DNA of 18,477 nt from Promethearchaeota archaeon (lineage in GTDB: Archaea > Asgardarchaeota > Hermodarchaeia > Hermodarchaeales > Hermodarchaeaceae), in NCBI GenBank assembly GCA_048939245.1, contig JBHLPR010000041.1, forward strand, positions 1 to 18,477. The letters run 5' to 3'. Below, in pieces: positions 1 to 7,896 of the stretch (positions are counted from its first letter, which is position 1; the number at the start of each line of letters is the position of its first letter). Made by a program: the position numbers and the translations under genes. The notes beneath the pieces are model-generated. The model was not told the origin of the DNA. It saw only the letters and a list, made by a program, of their open reading frames with translations, and ran no database searches.

Positions 1-122
1 AGCCGGACAAGTTGATTCTCGCGGTTAGGGAGTTCAGGGGGAACAAAAGCTGGATGAAGTGTCTCTTCATTTTTGAAAACAGATGCACCTAATAGTGCCT
101 TTTCAATGATATTCTCGCCCAC
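1..122 (-). CDS. cdc6: Orc1/Cdc6 replication initiator, 5' part (runs off the left edge; not in the ORF track)
   Basis: Manual translation from GTG at 122 gives MGENIIEKALLGASVFKNEETLHPAFVPPELPNRENQLVRL, matching the Orc1/Cdc6 N-terminal signature (S-I/V-F-K-x4-L-x-P-x-Y/F-x-P-x2-L-P-H-R-E-x-Q). SD-like GGGGTG lies 5 nt upstream. Confidence 0.88.
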   Translation of the reverse strand, partial: MGENIIEKALLGASVFKNEETLHPAFVPPELPNRENQLVR

Positions 123-188
123 GTACGCACCCCGAAATAGTAAATCAGACAAGACTAGCTGATTCCGTGGACGAACTGAAGGTGCCGC

Positions 189-205
189 CCATAAAAGGAT
201 TTTCC
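189..205 (-). promoter_or_regulatory. Probable BRE/TATA promoter of cdc6
   Basis: Minus strand reads GGAAAATCC-TTTTATGG (purine-rich BRE then TATA-like box), about 70 nt upstream of the cdc6 GTG. Confidence 0.5.
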
Positions 206-250
206 ACACTCACGTAAAACTGACTTGGGTAAAACCGAAGTAAGACATTA

Positions 251-493
251 TTACTTCTTGCGTTTGTCTTTTCCTTTCTTACCGAGCCACCATTCAAGAT
301 AATCGCGGCGACGTTGGGACTTTTCTCTTTCGTCATCCTTTTCTCGAAAGGAAGAACGTTGTTCGTCCCAAAGCCGATCGAGCTCTGCACGAGATACGGC
401 GAGTCCACAGCGTTGACATACTTGACGGCCGCTCTTCGGATCGAAGCGCATTTTTCCAGCGCATTCGGGGCATGTTGTCAAATAATCCACCAA
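251..493 (-). CDS. Small Zn-ribbon protein of unknown function
   Basis: CPEC...CQRC Zn ribbon, charged helix, YLEWWL motif and basic tail. The start may be TTG at 481 (GGTGG SD-like motif upstream) rather than 493. Confidence 0.8.
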   Translation of the reverse strand: MVDYLTTCPECAGKMRFDPKSGRQVCQRCGLAVSRAELDRLWDEQRSSFREKDDEREKSQRRRDYLEWWLGKKGKDKRKK

Positions 494-574
494 TTAACTT
501 CTTTCAACTGTACCTCAATAACGTTCTTCTTAAATCATGCCCTGTTGGTATTCTTACTCAATTTTGATTCTTTC

Positions 575-2518
575 TTACTCAACAAGCATTGCTAACCAGT
601 TTTCAACCTCTCGTCGCTTATAACCAGATGCAGGGGCTGCAAGCACGGCCCAATTAATTGTGTCTTTTTGTCTTCTAGTTTTTGCATACCAAGTAACTGA
701 TACACGTCCTGAATCAAAGAGACTAATTTCCTTTACTCGTTTTGTCATCTTAATTCCTATACTCTTCGCTAGTCTCACTTCATCATCTAGGAGTTTACAC
801 GGATTGTCTTTAATTAAATCCCTTAAGAGCCTTGCACGTTGACGGACAACAGGACTGTCTTTAAGTTCAGTCAGCCGCCATAATTTTCCACCTAATAATA
901 CGTGTTTTTGGTAATCGCCACCCTTACCATAAGATACTTCTTTACCCCATCTGCGAACGAATTCTTTTAGTTCGGGTGAGATTCTTGATACAAATTCATA
1001 TTTCTTAGAAAGCGATCCACCATCTAACACTTTGGCCCTATTGATTGAAAACCATGCCCGTGATTGTTCTGTGAAAAAACACCCATCCTCAGGTATTACT
1101 TCTTGAAGGTATGCAACTTTAGTTCTCATATTGCCTTTCCGGATAAATTCAGGTAATCTGAACTCATGATGCAAGTGTTTGTCACCAATAGGAACCCCCC
1201 ATTTTGTTAAAATTCGACCAACAACGCTTGAGAAGACTAACCTATTTTGAGAAGTTTCATGGCAATGAATTTCACCTAAATGATTTCGAAACAAATTTCT
1301 TACATATTGTCTTCTCTCTTTATCACGTTCTGCATAGATAAGCTGGCTTCTCTGTATATGACCGTCACTAGCAATGATAGCATAAGCACGAGCACGAAAT
1401 TCACCTAATTTTTCACCCCTAGGAAATAGTGGATTAAATATACCACCACTATCATTTCGGGTTTTTCCAATCTTCATGATTAAAGGCTGGATGTTTACAA
1501 GCGATACGTTTAGTGAATCAAGAATGAAATGAAGATGTTCCCCTTTCAGATAGGATAGCTTATGTTCGATTTCTGTTGGGCGGGATTTAGTTTTTTCTTT
1601 GTTTTCAGAAACATCGGACATTTGTGTGATAAGCTTGCTGAATCCACGATTGGGTTTCGAAGTTGATTTATCTAAATCAAGGTTTTTCCTTGAAGCTTCG
1701 ACAAGTTTGATTGACGTCGCTGGGTTTTTGAAAAAGAAGAGCTCTTGATTTAAGATATTTAGCCAGTTATCTGAAGAGATATTTCGTCGCCAAAAGTAGA
1801 GTGCGGAATTGGTTATTCCAATTTGAAGCTTGTTATTCGCCTGTTGTGATATTTCAAGTCTAGCATTAATTTGATTTTCAATATCTTTTCGATTTAACTC
1901 AATATTTTTAGATATTTCCCGTAGCCAATTGGGACCTGTTCGCTGATATGGGAATAGTGTAGCGAAAATTACTTTGGGTGGATTCCTAATCGATGAATAA
2001 AGCCTTTCAAGCGTTTTCGAATAATCTGTCAGTTCGAATTCCTTATCAGGCTCATTAAGTGGTTTCAAATAGCGATGAACATCGGATGGATCTATGCAAC
2101 GTCGCTTTGCTTCGAGAGACAAGCTTCTTTCCCATTTTCGCCGTGCGGTTTCATGGATTTTCAAACTTCTTACGAGTTTTGGTTCGCTTTTGTCTCTCAC
2201 CCAATCTCTGACAGTTCCTGCGTTTATACCAGATCTACGAGAAATTTCATTACCTGATAGGTGGTCTAGTTGTGAACATCTCTGAAGTTTCTTGATTATC
2301 ACGAACTTTTCAGCCATTTGGCGATGTTCTTCAAAATCACCTCTTTCTCTGAAATAAGGATGACGTTCAATTAAAGCACTAAGAGAAGCAAGATTAGCAA
2401 TTTCTATCCTTGGTTCAGAGATTTCTTGCTCTTTTCCTACTTTGCTCTCACATTCTATTATTCGAGAGGAATTAGCAATTTTCAGATAGTCATTTGTTTT
2501 GGTAATTTCCGTCTCCAC
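575..2518 (-). CDS. Free-standing HTH + double-motif LAGLIDADG (DOD-type) endonuclease-like protein with no intein splicing domain
   Basis: HTH LSGNEISRRSGINAGTVRDWV (aa 87-107). Motif 1 YAIIASDGHI (D385). Block-D-like WGVPIGDK...RLPEFI (K447). Motif 2 AYLQEVIPEDGCF (D478). Block-H-like KLLDDEVRLAKSIGI. No N-terminal Cys/Ser Hint block and no C-terminal HN. Confidence 0.72.
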   Translation of the reverse strand: METEITKTNDYLKIANSSRIIECESKVGKEQEISEPRIEIANLASLSALIERHPYFRERGDFEEHRQMAEKFVIIKKLQRCSQLDHLSGNEISRRSGINAGTVRDWVRDKSEPKLVRSLKIHETARRKWERSLSLEAKRRCIDPSDVHRYLKPLNEPDKEFELTDYSKTLERLYSSIRNPPKVIFATLFPYQRTGPNWLREISKNIELNRKDIENQINARLEISQQANNKLQIGITNSALYFWRRNISSDNWLNILNQELFFFKNPATSIKLVEASRKNLDLDKSTSKPNRGFSKLITQMSDVSENKEKTKSRPTEIEHKLSYLKGEHLHFILDSLNVSLVNIQPLIMKIGKTRNDSGGIFNPLFPRGEKLGEFRARAYAIIASDGHIQRSQLIYAERDKERRQYVRNLFRNHLGEIHCHETSQNRLVFSSVVGRILTKWGVPIGDKHLHHEFRLPEFIRKGNMRTKVAYLQEVIPEDGCFFTEQSRAWFSINRAKVLDGGSLSKKYEFVSRISPELKEFVRRWGKEVSYGKGGDYQKHVLLGGKLWRLTELKDSPVVRQRARLLRDLIKDNPCKLLDDEVRLAKSIGIKMTKRVKEISLFDSGRVSVTWYAKTRRQKDTINWAVLAAPASGYKRREVENWLAMLVE

Positions 2519-2640
2519 TCCAGAAAAAACTTCAGTCCAATTTCCTTATCACTCAGTTGTTCAGTGTCATCCGTCTCTTTTTCATCATACTCCGGGGATT
2601 CGCGGAATTCAAAAGACCTACTGTCCCTCCCTTTGATCAT
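2482..2640 (-). other. 52-aa acidic ORF overlapping the endonuclease start, one base out of frame; possible frameshifted N-terminus of that gene
   Basis: ATG at 2640: MIKGRDSRSFEFRESPEYDEKETDDTEQLSDKEIGLKFFLEWRRKLPKQMTI*. It crosses a T6 run (2524-2529); one extra base fuses it to the 647-aa frame. Confidence 0.4.
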
Positions 2641-2723
2641 TGTTTGCAGCGCGGAATTTGATTTGTTTTTATGCCTTTCGGATTTCGTTCTATTCTCACA
2701 AAAGATGTATTGAAGGAACCTAG

Positions 2724-2739
2724 AAAAACGTACAAAAAA
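2724..2739 (-). terminator. Probable oligo-T archaeal terminator of glmS
   Basis: Minus strand TTTTTTGTACGTTTTT about 35 nt after the glmS stop. Confidence 0.45.
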
Positions 2740-2774
2740 GCAGTGTATGCCCTATATGACGCGTAAGTCCTGGG

Positions 2775-4607
2775 TTAAAGAACCGTTACGGCTTTGGCTA
2801 GATTTCGTGGTTGGTCTGGGTTATGTCCTCGCAAAATTGCTGCATAATATGCGAGTAGTTGGAGTGGTACAACATAACTGATTGGTGAGAAGTAAATCGA
2901 AGGGAGCACAGGTAATGTGATTGCTTGATCGCTGAGATTGATAAGTTTCTCATCTGCCTCTGAGCACACAGAGATGATTTGCGCTCCTCTTGCCTTCATT
3001 TCCATGACATTACCTTCCAAATGCCGACGTGTGTTATCAGATGGCGCAACAAAAACAATGGGGAAACCTGGCTCAACAAGGGCGATTGGTCCATGTTTGG
3101 ATTCGCCTGCAGGATAACCTTCTGCATGAACATACGCAATTTCTTTTATTTTCAGTGCCCCTTCCATTGCCGTAGATGTGCTTATACCTCGTCCAAGAAA
3201 GAAAAAGTTAGATTTGTTAAGATGTTCTTGGGCCGTTGCCTTAATCATGCCTTCTTGGTTCCGAATGACTGATTGGATAAGTTGCGGAAATTGGTTTAAA
3301 GATAGTTGCAAGTCCTCAGTTTCCTTCTTGGTCTGAGCACCAGTCATTTTGCCTAATGAGATGGATATTGATGCAAGGGTGGCAAGTTGAGTGGCAAAAG
3401 TCTTTGTTGCCGCAACACCAATTTCAGGACCAGCCTGTGTATAAAGAACTGAATCAGCAATCCGTGTAATTGAACTTCCTACTGTATTAGTGATGGCTAA
3501 TATTGTAGCGCCTTGGTTCTTGAGGTGTTTGACAGCGTGGAGGGTATCAATGGTTTCTCCAGATTGTGTAACAGCTAACACTGCTGTGTCAGCACCCAAG
3601 CTTTCTGCTACAGCATCAGAACCCTCTGATGCTATTATTCCATGAACTAGGCGATTTGCGATATTCGAAAACATGTACTTGGCAGCTAATGTGGCATGAA
3701 AAGATGTTCCAGCAGCAACGGTTAGAACATTCGTGTGGTTGTGAAGAATCTCAGTGAAGTTTTCAAGATCATCTTTTCGAATTCGAAGAGTATCAGTAAG
3801 CGCACGGGGTTGCTCATGTATTTCCTTTAACATAAAATGCGGGTACCCGCCTTTCTGAGCCATGTCAATTGTCCATTTGACGACAAGTGGTTCCCGAATT
3901 GGAAGTTTTGTCAGAGAACCTGACTCATCTATTCGGCTTATGAGCACCCCATTGGAGGTTAGATGGACAAGTTCATTATCTTCGATAATGATAGTCTTTC
4001 GTGTCATGGGTAGGAATGCTGGGACGTCTGAGGCGCAATAGACCCCTCGAGACCCTAGACCAACTACCAAGGGGCTTTCTTTACGGGTACATACTAGTTC
4101 CTTTCTTGTAGATTCTAACACCACAAGTGCATAGCTTCCCTCTAATTGTGGAATTATCTGAGCTACAGCGTCACCAAGATGATTTGTGTGTTTAAGAGCG
4201 TCTTCGATTAGATGAGGGATGACTTCAGTATCAGTTTGAGACCGGAATTGATGACCCTTCGCTAAAAGCTGTTCACGTAATTCTTGGTAATTCTCAATGA
4301 TTCCATTATGAACAACAGCAATATGATTATTGCAATCTGTGTGAGGGTGCGCGTTCACTTTGGATGGAGAACCGTGAGTAGCCCACCGTGTATGACCGAT
4401 TCCTATCGTTCCGGGTAAATTGTCAAAATTTAAGCGGTGGTGTATCTCGTCTATTTTCCCCTTATCTTTCTTTATAAAGAGAGTTCCATTAGATACAGTA
4501 GCGATTCCGCTGGAATCATAACCACGATATTCTAGCCGTTTCAATGCTTGACGCAAGATGGAGGCAATATTTCCTTTTAGATGAATTGCGCCAATAATTC
4601 CACACAA
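2775..4607 (-). CDS. glmS: Glutamine--fructose-6-phosphate aminotransferase (isomerizing)
   Basis: MCGIIG Ntn-hydrolase start, LEYRGYDSSG, GHTRWATHG, HNGIIEN, TQSGET, GESKHGPIAL, C-terminal PRNLAKAVTVL. 610 aa, TTG start. Confidence 0.98.
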   Translation of the reverse strand: MCGIIGAIHLKGNIASILRQALKRLEYRGYDSSGIATVSNGTLFIKKDKGKIDEIHHRLNFDNLPGTIGIGHTRWATHGSPSKVNAHPHTDCNNHIAVVHNGIIENYQELREQLLAKGHQFRSQTDTEVIPHLIEDALKHTNHLGDAVAQIIPQLEGSYALVVLESTRKELVCTRKESPLVVGLGSRGVYCASDVPAFLPMTRKTIIIEDNELVHLTSNGVLISRIDESGSLTKLPIREPLVVKWTIDMAQKGGYPHFMLKEIHEQPRALTDTLRIRKDDLENFTEILHNHTNVLTVAAGTSFHATLAAKYMFSNIANRLVHGIIASEGSDAVAESLGADTAVLAVTQSGETIDTLHAVKHLKNQGATILAITNTVGSSITRIADSVLYTQAGPEIGVAATKTFATQLATLASISISLGKMTGAQTKKETEDLQLSLNQFPQLIQSVIRNQEGMIKATAQEHLNKSNFFFLGRGISTSTAMEGALKIKEIAYVHAEGYPAGESKHGPIALVEPGFPIVFVAPSDNTRRHLEGNVMEMKARGAQIISVCSEADEKLINLSDQAITLPVLPSIYFSPISYVVPLQLLAYYAAILRGHNPDQPRNLAKAVTVL

Positions 4608-4640
4608 GTTAATTTGCCCCTATCAAACACTCCTAGCCCT

Positions 4641-4656
4641 TAGCATAAATTTTCCC
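4641..4656 (-). promoter_or_regulatory. Probable BRE/TATA promoter of glmS
   Basis: Minus strand GGGAAAA-TTTATGCTA about 35 nt upstream of the TTG start. Confidence 0.5.
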
Positions 4657-4667
4657 ATTTGGGATAT

Positions 4668-6263
4668 CTATAAGCGTTTAGTCACATAAGGTCCGTCATA
4701 ACGATAACCGTGCCGTAAATAATATTCTCTCGCTCCTATCCCACTGGTACATACAATTCGTTTTCTATCATATTTTTGTGCATACTCTTCAGCCGCAACT
4801 AAAAGCTGGGCACCAAGCCCCCGGTGTTGCCATGCATCTTCGTGAGTTGTTCCCAGCTTGATGGATTGCCCATAGATATGGAGTTCACGAAGTAGCGCCG
4901 CGTTTTTATTTTTAACTTCGGCTCGATGTGCTTGATCACTTGGTATACGAAGCCGAAGATATCCGACTAATGAGTCTTGTTCTAGATTTTCATAGGCGAA
5001 GAAAATTTCCTTTCCACCTGATGCTGGATATTCATCAATTCTAAGAGTTAATGCCTCGATTTCTGGTTCATCGTTACTTGTATCCATTTGAGATCTTTGT
5101 CTATATCCAACCTCACGATACCTGATGTTTTGCAGCTGGTATCCCCTATTTTCAGCATGCTGAAATACTAGTTGAGTTAGATTTCCTGCATTGGGGCCAG
5201 CCACGATTAGTCGTTTAGGGATATCGCGTTGCATACGTTGGATACGTACCCAGCGGGGTATGGAGGGCATAATATCAGCGATAAGGTCGACTACCTCTTC
5301 TGTCGTGTATGGAGCATATTCCCCTTTTCGCCAAGTTTCGAATAGGGCACTTCCGCGCAGTACCAGGCAAGGATAAATTTTGAGCATATCCGGTTGAAAT
5401 TCTTCTCGAGAGAATAAATCTTTGAAGACTTGTTGATCCATTTCTTTGGAAGAACCAGGCAGCCCTGGCATAATATGATAGCAAACCTTCAGTCCAGCGT
5501 CCTTGGCAAATTGGGTAGAACTAATAACATCAGATACTGTGTGACCACGACGAATTACTGTGTAGATTTCATCATAAATAGTCTGAACACCCAGTTCAAC
5601 ACGTGTGGCTCCCAGATTCAGCATTCTATCAATATGCGTCTGTTTGCAATAATCGGGTCGAGTTTCTATTGTTATTCCAACGGGTCGAATAGGCGCCTTT
5701 TCTGCTAATTTAATTGCTTCATTAAGGTCTTGAGCTTCACAATCATTCATGGCATCAAGACAGCGCTTCACAAACTCATTCTGATACTCTGTTGAAGCAG
5801 ACAAAAAAGTCCCACCCATTATGATTAGTTCGACTTTGTCAGTACTATGACCCATAGCTTCAAGCTGTTCTAATCGACTAACCATTTGAAGATACGGATC
5901 ATATTGATTCTGTCGTGCTCGAAGTGTGGCAGGTTCATCACCCACGTATGCTTTAGGAGCTGTGGGAATATTTGTTGGACAATAAGTACACTGACCTGGA
6001 CACTCCATTGGCTCTGTCATGACAGCAACGACACTTACGCCAGAAAGAGTGCGGGTTGGTTTCTTTCGAAGAATATGACTAACCTTTTTTTTCTCCTCTT
6101 CTGTTGCATATCCTAATATTTCAACATCTGAAGGAAACCGTGAGAGATGATATTTGCGACTAAGCTTTCGTTTATACTTCTGTAAATCCTCTTTGCTCTG
6201 AATTTTCCCTGACAATGCTGCTTGAAGAATTTCTTCGGCAACGCGCTGCAACCTTATTTCCAC
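4668..6263 (-). CDS. elp3: Elp3 tRNA uridine(34) carboxymethyltransferase (radical SAM + KAT domains)
   Basis: KKPTRTLSGVSVVAVM, CPGQCTYC cluster motif, KVELIIMGGTF, IETRPD, TRVELGVQ, KIYP, RELHIYG, QHRGLG acetyl-CoA motif, SGIGAREYY. Alternative TTG start at 6251. Confidence 0.97.
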   Translation of the reverse strand: MEIRLQRVAEEILQAALSGKIQSKEDLQKYKRKLSRKYHLSRFPSDVEILGYATEEEKKKVSHILRKKPTRTLSGVSVVAVMTEPMECPGQCTYCPTNIPTAPKAYVGDEPATLRARQNQYDPYLQMVSRLEQLEAMGHSTDKVELIIMGGTFLSASTEYQNEFVKRCLDAMNDCEAQDLNEAIKLAEKAPIRPVGITIETRPDYCKQTHIDRMLNLGATRVELGVQTIYDEIYTVIRRGHTVSDVISSTQFAKDAGLKVCYHIMPGLPGSSKEMDQQVFKDLFSREEFQPDMLKIYPCLVLRGSALFETWRKGEYAPYTTEEVVDLIADIMPSIPRWVRIQRMQRDIPKRLIVAGPNAGNLTQLVFQHAENRGYQLQNIRYREVGYRQRSQMDTSNDEPEIEALTLRIDEYPASGGKEIFFAYENLEQDSLVGYLRLRIPSDQAHRAEVKNKNAALLRELHIYGQSIKLGTTHEDAWQHRGLGAQLLVAAEEYAQKYDRKRIVCTSGIGAREYYLRHGYRYDGPYVTKRL

Positions 6264-6327
6264 CTGACCAGTATTCGCATATTGAATGAAAAGTGTATGA
6301 AGGAGCTCTAGAATGAGGTTTCTCAGC

Positions 6328-6501
6328 CTAGCGTCGAACAGCTTTGGGCTGTCCAGCAGGGGTCTGATTCAAAATGCGTTTGGTGTAGATTCTACGGTTG
6401 CGTAGACGAGGAATCGGAGTAACGCGTACTTTGCCCTCGACCTTTGGGGTTTGACTCCGAACTTTGCCGGCTTTTGTTAAGCTTCCGTGTGATCCTGGCA
6501 T
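6328..6501 (-). CDS. rps30e: Small-subunit ribosomal protein eS30 (57 aa; not in the ORF track)
   Basis: Manual translation MPGSHGSLTKAGKVRSQTPKVEGKVRVTPIPRLRNRRIYTKRILNQTPAGQPKAVRR* contains the hallmark HGSLxxAGKVRxQTPK. Confidence 0.97.
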   Translation of the reverse strand: MPGSHGSLTKAGKVRSQTPKVEGKVRVTPIPRLRNRRIYTKRILNQTPAGQPKAVRR

Positions 6502-6535
6502 TATCGTATCACTAACTCGGTGTTTGCATCTTAGC

Positions 6536-6610
6536 CTTTAAGGATTTCCATTTGCCGTACTGAAAAATGGGGAGTCAGATGGTTGTTTGGTATTAGGAAT
6601 CTTTTTACAG
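6536..6610. promoter_or_regulatory. Divergent promoters for rps30e (-) and the nop5 operon (+)
   Basis: Minus: GGAAAT-CCTTAAAG (about 6536-6549). Plus: GGAATC-TTTTTACA (about 6596-6609). SD AGGTGA at 6640-6645 precedes the nop5 GTG. Confidence 0.5.
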
Positions 6611-6651
6611 TGCCCTGAACTGGTAGGCATTACGCGAATAGGTGAAAGAAC

Positions 6652-7896
6652 GTGGATGGCTTTCTCATCTTTGGTATTGGAAAAGTATATTGTCTTGATG
6701 AGCACTTTTCAATAATTTCTGAAGCAGATTTAGGAGAAACCGTTGACGAGATTATACTAGTTTTTCATCGAATTCGCCGGGGAGTTGCGGATTCTCTTCT
6801 TGCAGAATTTTTTGGTACCTTAGATGAAAAAGCGGTTAATCGTATTTATGTTGAGTCACAAGTGGTTGCTGAGGATTTTTCGAGATTATATAATGTAAAA
6901 GCACTGCAATATGAGGATATAAGGCTGTGGCGCAAATTACGCCAAGATTTCCTTGATAGTGCAATTCCCTCTAAAGATGAGAAACGACTTCATGAGATTG
7001 CATTGGGAGTTTCCCGAATAGCAGTCCGAGAGGCGGCTGGACAAAATGATCAATTAATTATCCAAGCGATGAATACCTTAGACGATGTTGAAAAAGTCCA
7101 AAATTTGATGGTTTCTCGACTTCGGGAGTGGTATGGTTTGCATTTCCCTGAAGCCGCAAACGCCATTGAGAATGGGCAGACTTTAGCACGGATTGTCACA
7201 GAAGGAGGTTCTAGAAGAGATATTGAAGAGAATCCCAACTTATTGAAGTTACTAACGGACTCGTCTGTGAAAGCTGAACTGCTTGAGCAGTCAATCGGAG
7301 CAGAAATTCTTGAATCAGATATGGTAATGGTTCAATCATTAGCCCGTCAAATCCTTGATCTTTATACATTTCGAGAGCAACTTGAGAGATATTTAGACGA
7401 ATCAATGCATGTTCTCGCTCCAAACCTACGAGCATTGATTGGTCCTGTAATAGGAGCGCGTCTAATTGGATTAGCAGGAGGAATAGAGAAACTTGCCCGT
7501 TATCCAGCAAGTACTATCCAAGTACTCGGTGCTGAACAAGCACTCTTTCGAGCTTTAAAGACCGGAGCAAAACCTCCGAAACATGGTGCTATTTTCCAAC
7601 ACACCTTAGTCCATTCAGCGCCTTGGTGGCAACGCGGAAAAATCGCTCGAATACTTGCAGGAAAAATCGCTATTGCGGCACGAATTGATTTCTACTCAGG
7701 TCAATATGTAGCCGATGAGTTGAAACAAACTGTTCTATCACGGGTTGCTGAGGTTAAACGAAAATATCCGACCGCTCCGAAGCGACCACCATCAAAACCA
7801 CAAAAGCGACCTACCAAACGAAAACATTTCAGAAAAAAATCTAAATCACACGCACCGAAAAAGCGTCGAACCGATACGGAGAGGAAATCGTCTTGA
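6652..7896 (+). CDS. nop5: Box C/D sRNP core protein Nop5 (Nop56/58)
   Basis: RLREWYGLHFPE, APNLRALIGPVIGARLI, PASTIQVLGAEQALF, PPKHGAIFQH, RGKIARILAGKIAIAARID and a basic C-terminal tail. Overlaps fibrillarin by 4 nt. Confidence 0.97.
   Translation: MDGFLIFGIGKVYCLDEHFSIISEADLGETVDEIILVFHRIRRGVADSLLAEFFGTLDEKAVNRIYVESQVVAEDFSRLYNVKALQYEDIRLWRKLRQDFLDSAIPSKDEKRLHEIALGVSRIAVREAAGQNDQLIIQAMNTLDDVEKVQNLMVSRLREWYGLHFPEAANAIENGQTLARIVTEGGSRRDIEENPNLLKLLTDSSVKAELLEQSIGAEILESDMVMVQSLARQILDLYTFREQLERYLDESMHVLAPNLRALIGPVIGARLIGLAGGIEKLARYPASTIQVLGAEQALFRALKTGAKPPKHGAIFQHTLVHSAPWWQRGKIARILAGKIAIAARIDFYSGQYVADELKQTVLSRVAEVKRKYPTAPKRPPSKPQKRPTKRKHFRKKSKSHAPKKRRTDTERKSS

Noticed and set aside
575-2518. 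Intein or intron interpretation of the LAGLIDADG ORF
   Set aside because: No Hint N- or C-terminal blocks (ends LVE, not HN), no split host gene and no rRNA/tRNA exons in the flanks.
537-2753. ATGCCCT at 537-543 and 2747-2753 as a target-site duplication
   Set aside because: A 7-mer match between two ~100-nt flanks is expected by chance, and the same 7-mer also occurs at 13515-13521.
2700-2800. Tn7-like element at the glmS attachment site
   Set aside because: No tns/tniQ genes, no TGT...ACA ends with repeated TnsB sites, and no 5-bp duplication about 25 nt after the glmS stop.
7768-7779. PTAP (ESCRT-I late-domain-like) tetrapeptide in the Nop5 tail
   Set aside because: A four-residue match in a Pro-rich tail is most likely chance.
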